Source of the DNA: Candidatus Latescibacterota bacterium
Lineage (GTDB): Bacteria > Latescibacterota > UBA2968 > GCA-2709665
Direction of reading: 5' to 3'
Assembly (NCBI GenBank): GCA_965116875.1
Contig: OZ220733.1
Span: 4,160,001 to 4,224,000, forward strand
DNA length: 64,000 bases
This document shows positions 62,639-64,000 of the stretch, one piece after another. The notes under the pieces are model-generated. The model was not told the DNA's origin and ran no database searches. It worked only from the letters and a program-made list of their open reading frames with translations. Within the stretch, counting starts at the first letter, position 1, and each line of letters opens with the position of its first letter. The position numbers were made by a program, and so were the translations under genes.

Positions 62639-63490
62639 CTAGTCCCTCAGCGCGGATTCAGCCAGAGCTTCGGTATCGGCCACCATCCTTTTCCAAGCGT
62701 GATCGGTATAATCGGGGCCGAAGTCAAACGGCTGGGTTTCGATGCACATTGTGCGCCTGTAGCCAATGTGCGCCGCATGCCGGAAAAATCTGCACCAGTT
62801 CACCCGCCCGTGGCCGGGGGCGAGGTGGGAATCGCGGTCGCCCGCGTTGTCAGCCAGATGAAATGCGACCATGCACGGTCCCATGACCTCAAAGAACCTG
62901 TGCGCATCGCCGCGTCCGGCCACCAGGGCGTGGCCCGTGTCGAGGCAGAAGCCCAGGTTGGGATGGGCGAAGTCCCGCACGATCCGTTCGAAATGCGCGG
63001 GTCTGGACGTAAACCGTCCGCCGCCGGACGGAAGCATATTTTCAAGAGCGATCGTAAAGTTGAGGTCTTCCGCCTCCCTCAGGAGGGTGTCGAGGCTCCT
63101 GCCGATCTGGATGAAATAGGTTTCGAGGCCCTCCACGTCGGCGTCCGATCGGTTCGTGGTCGGATGCTGGATGCCCACCGTTGCCCCGGCAAGCGATGCC
63201 CTTCCCATCCAGAGGCGCATCTTGTCCACGGCCCGACGCCGCACGGTTTCATAGAAGGAAGCGATGTCATCTTCAGGAGAAAAGGGGAGGTGAAACGTCT
63301 CGATGCACAGTCCCGCCGATCGATATCTGTCGCCAATTGCCTGAAGTTCGGATTCGGCGATTCCTTCGAACAGGGGGGGTGAACCTTCGATGCCTGCCAG
63401 GCCGGCGAAGCGACAGGTTTCGATGATTTCATCGTGAGACTTTTCGGCAAGTCCGTAACCGGTCGTGGTCCACGTCCAGCGTTTCTGCAT
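62639..63490 (-). CDS. Sugar phosphate isomerase/epimerase family protein
   Basis: ALENM, LDTGH, HLADN...DSHLAPGHG, IET; ATG start with SD AAGGA. Confidence 0.87.
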   Translation of the reverse strand: MQKRWTWTTTGYGLAEKSHDEIIETCRFAGLAGIEGSPPLFEGIAESELQAIGDRYRSAGLCIETFHLPFSPEDDIASFYETVRRRAVDKMRLWMGRASLAGATVGIQHPTTNRSDADVEGLETYFIQIGRSLDTLLREAEDLNFTIALENMLPSGGGRFTSRPAHFERIVRDFAHPNLGFCLDTGHALVAGRGDAHRFFEVMGPCMVAFHLADNAGDRDSHLAPGHGRVNWCRFFRHAAHIGYRRTMCIETQPFDFGPDYTDHAWKRMVADTEALAESALRD

Positions 63491-63503
63491 GATGGCTTCC
63501 TTT

Positions 63504-64000
63504 CTACTCGTCCCCTTTTTGCAGAGACCGACTGCGCTCCCAGCGATCGTACCAGTCCAGCAGTTGGGGGGTTGGCGCAAAATCGTGAATGGTCACCCGT
63601 CTGCGTCCGGGCAGATAGTTGCCGAGGTGCCAGCCGTTTGGATGGTAGAGCGCGAAGTCTCCCGCATCCATGAACAGTCGCTCCGCCTGCGGCATCGATC
63701 GGGCATAGTCCAGACATGCACGCTCTTTTTCTTCATGCGGTAGTTCCTCAGGAGGCAGCGGAACCCCCGCGGCGTCGATCTCGTCCGGGAGATCGTCTCT
63801 CAGGTGACTGCCTGGCACAACCCACGTACAGTTGTCCTCGTAAAGAGGACAGTTGACCTGGTTGAACCAGAGCGGGTCGCGGTTCACACGGCGAAACTCG
63901 TCCAGGTCGGGTACACCGGATGTTTCCCGGATGTCCCGGTGCCAGGCTGTACACCATGGTTGATCCTTCGGCTCCAGCAACAGTCCCAACCGCGCAAGTC
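63504..64000 (-). CDS. Phytanoyl-CoA dioxygenase (PhyH)-like Fe/2OG enzyme, 5'-truncated by window end
   Basis: WHRD, VVPGSH, AGD...WH.G...R; frame open to window edge. Confidence 0.85.
   Translation of the reverse strand, partial: LARLGLLLEPKDQPWCTAWHRDIRETSGVPDLDEFRRVNRDPLWFNQVNCPLYEDNCTWVVPGSHLRDDLPDEIDAAGVPLPPEELPHEEKERACLDYARSMPQAERLFMDAGDFALYHPNGWHLGNYLPGRRRVTIHDFAPTPQLLDWYDRWERSRSLQKGDE

Overview
GC-rich bacterial chromosomal window, mostly core genome. rRNA and sigma-factor signatures point tentatively to an FCB-superphylum lineage, possibly Latescibacterota/PAUC34f-like; this is inference and was not searched. Contents in order: the 3' end of an FGE-sulfatase-domain gene; a complete rrn operon (16S-tRNAIle-tRNAAla-23S-5S); an EF-G paralog; a ~20 kb co-oriented housekeeping run (yebC-ruvCAB-tsaB-rimI-holB-metG-tatD-rsmA[frameshifted]-ilvE-proC-hisH-hisF-proB-ftsB-recO-valS-PBP1A); minus-strand secDF, a polyprenyl synthase, two heparinase II/III-like proteins, an HpcH aldolase, xth, prmC-prfA-rpmE-rho; a PAS kinase/sigma54 activator pair followed by a well-formed sigma54 promoter driving a PTS-EIIA protein and a short sigma70; hup; a putative sugar-catabolic cluster; ssb; a split membrane/spermidine-synthase-like pair; prmA; and a few metabolic genes. 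Most interesting: (1) a putative compact sigma54-to-sigma70 cascade; (2) two nested MITE-like families that share an internal CAAGGCG/GCAACGC structural motif and sit on stop codons; (3) rRNA changes at normally near-invariant sites (341F/EUB338 site, 23S H71 and A-loop); (4) a recurrent TTGACA-N17-TAnnTT promoter type; (5) a 1-nt frameshift in rsmA. No CRISPR array, prophage or transposase gene was seen.
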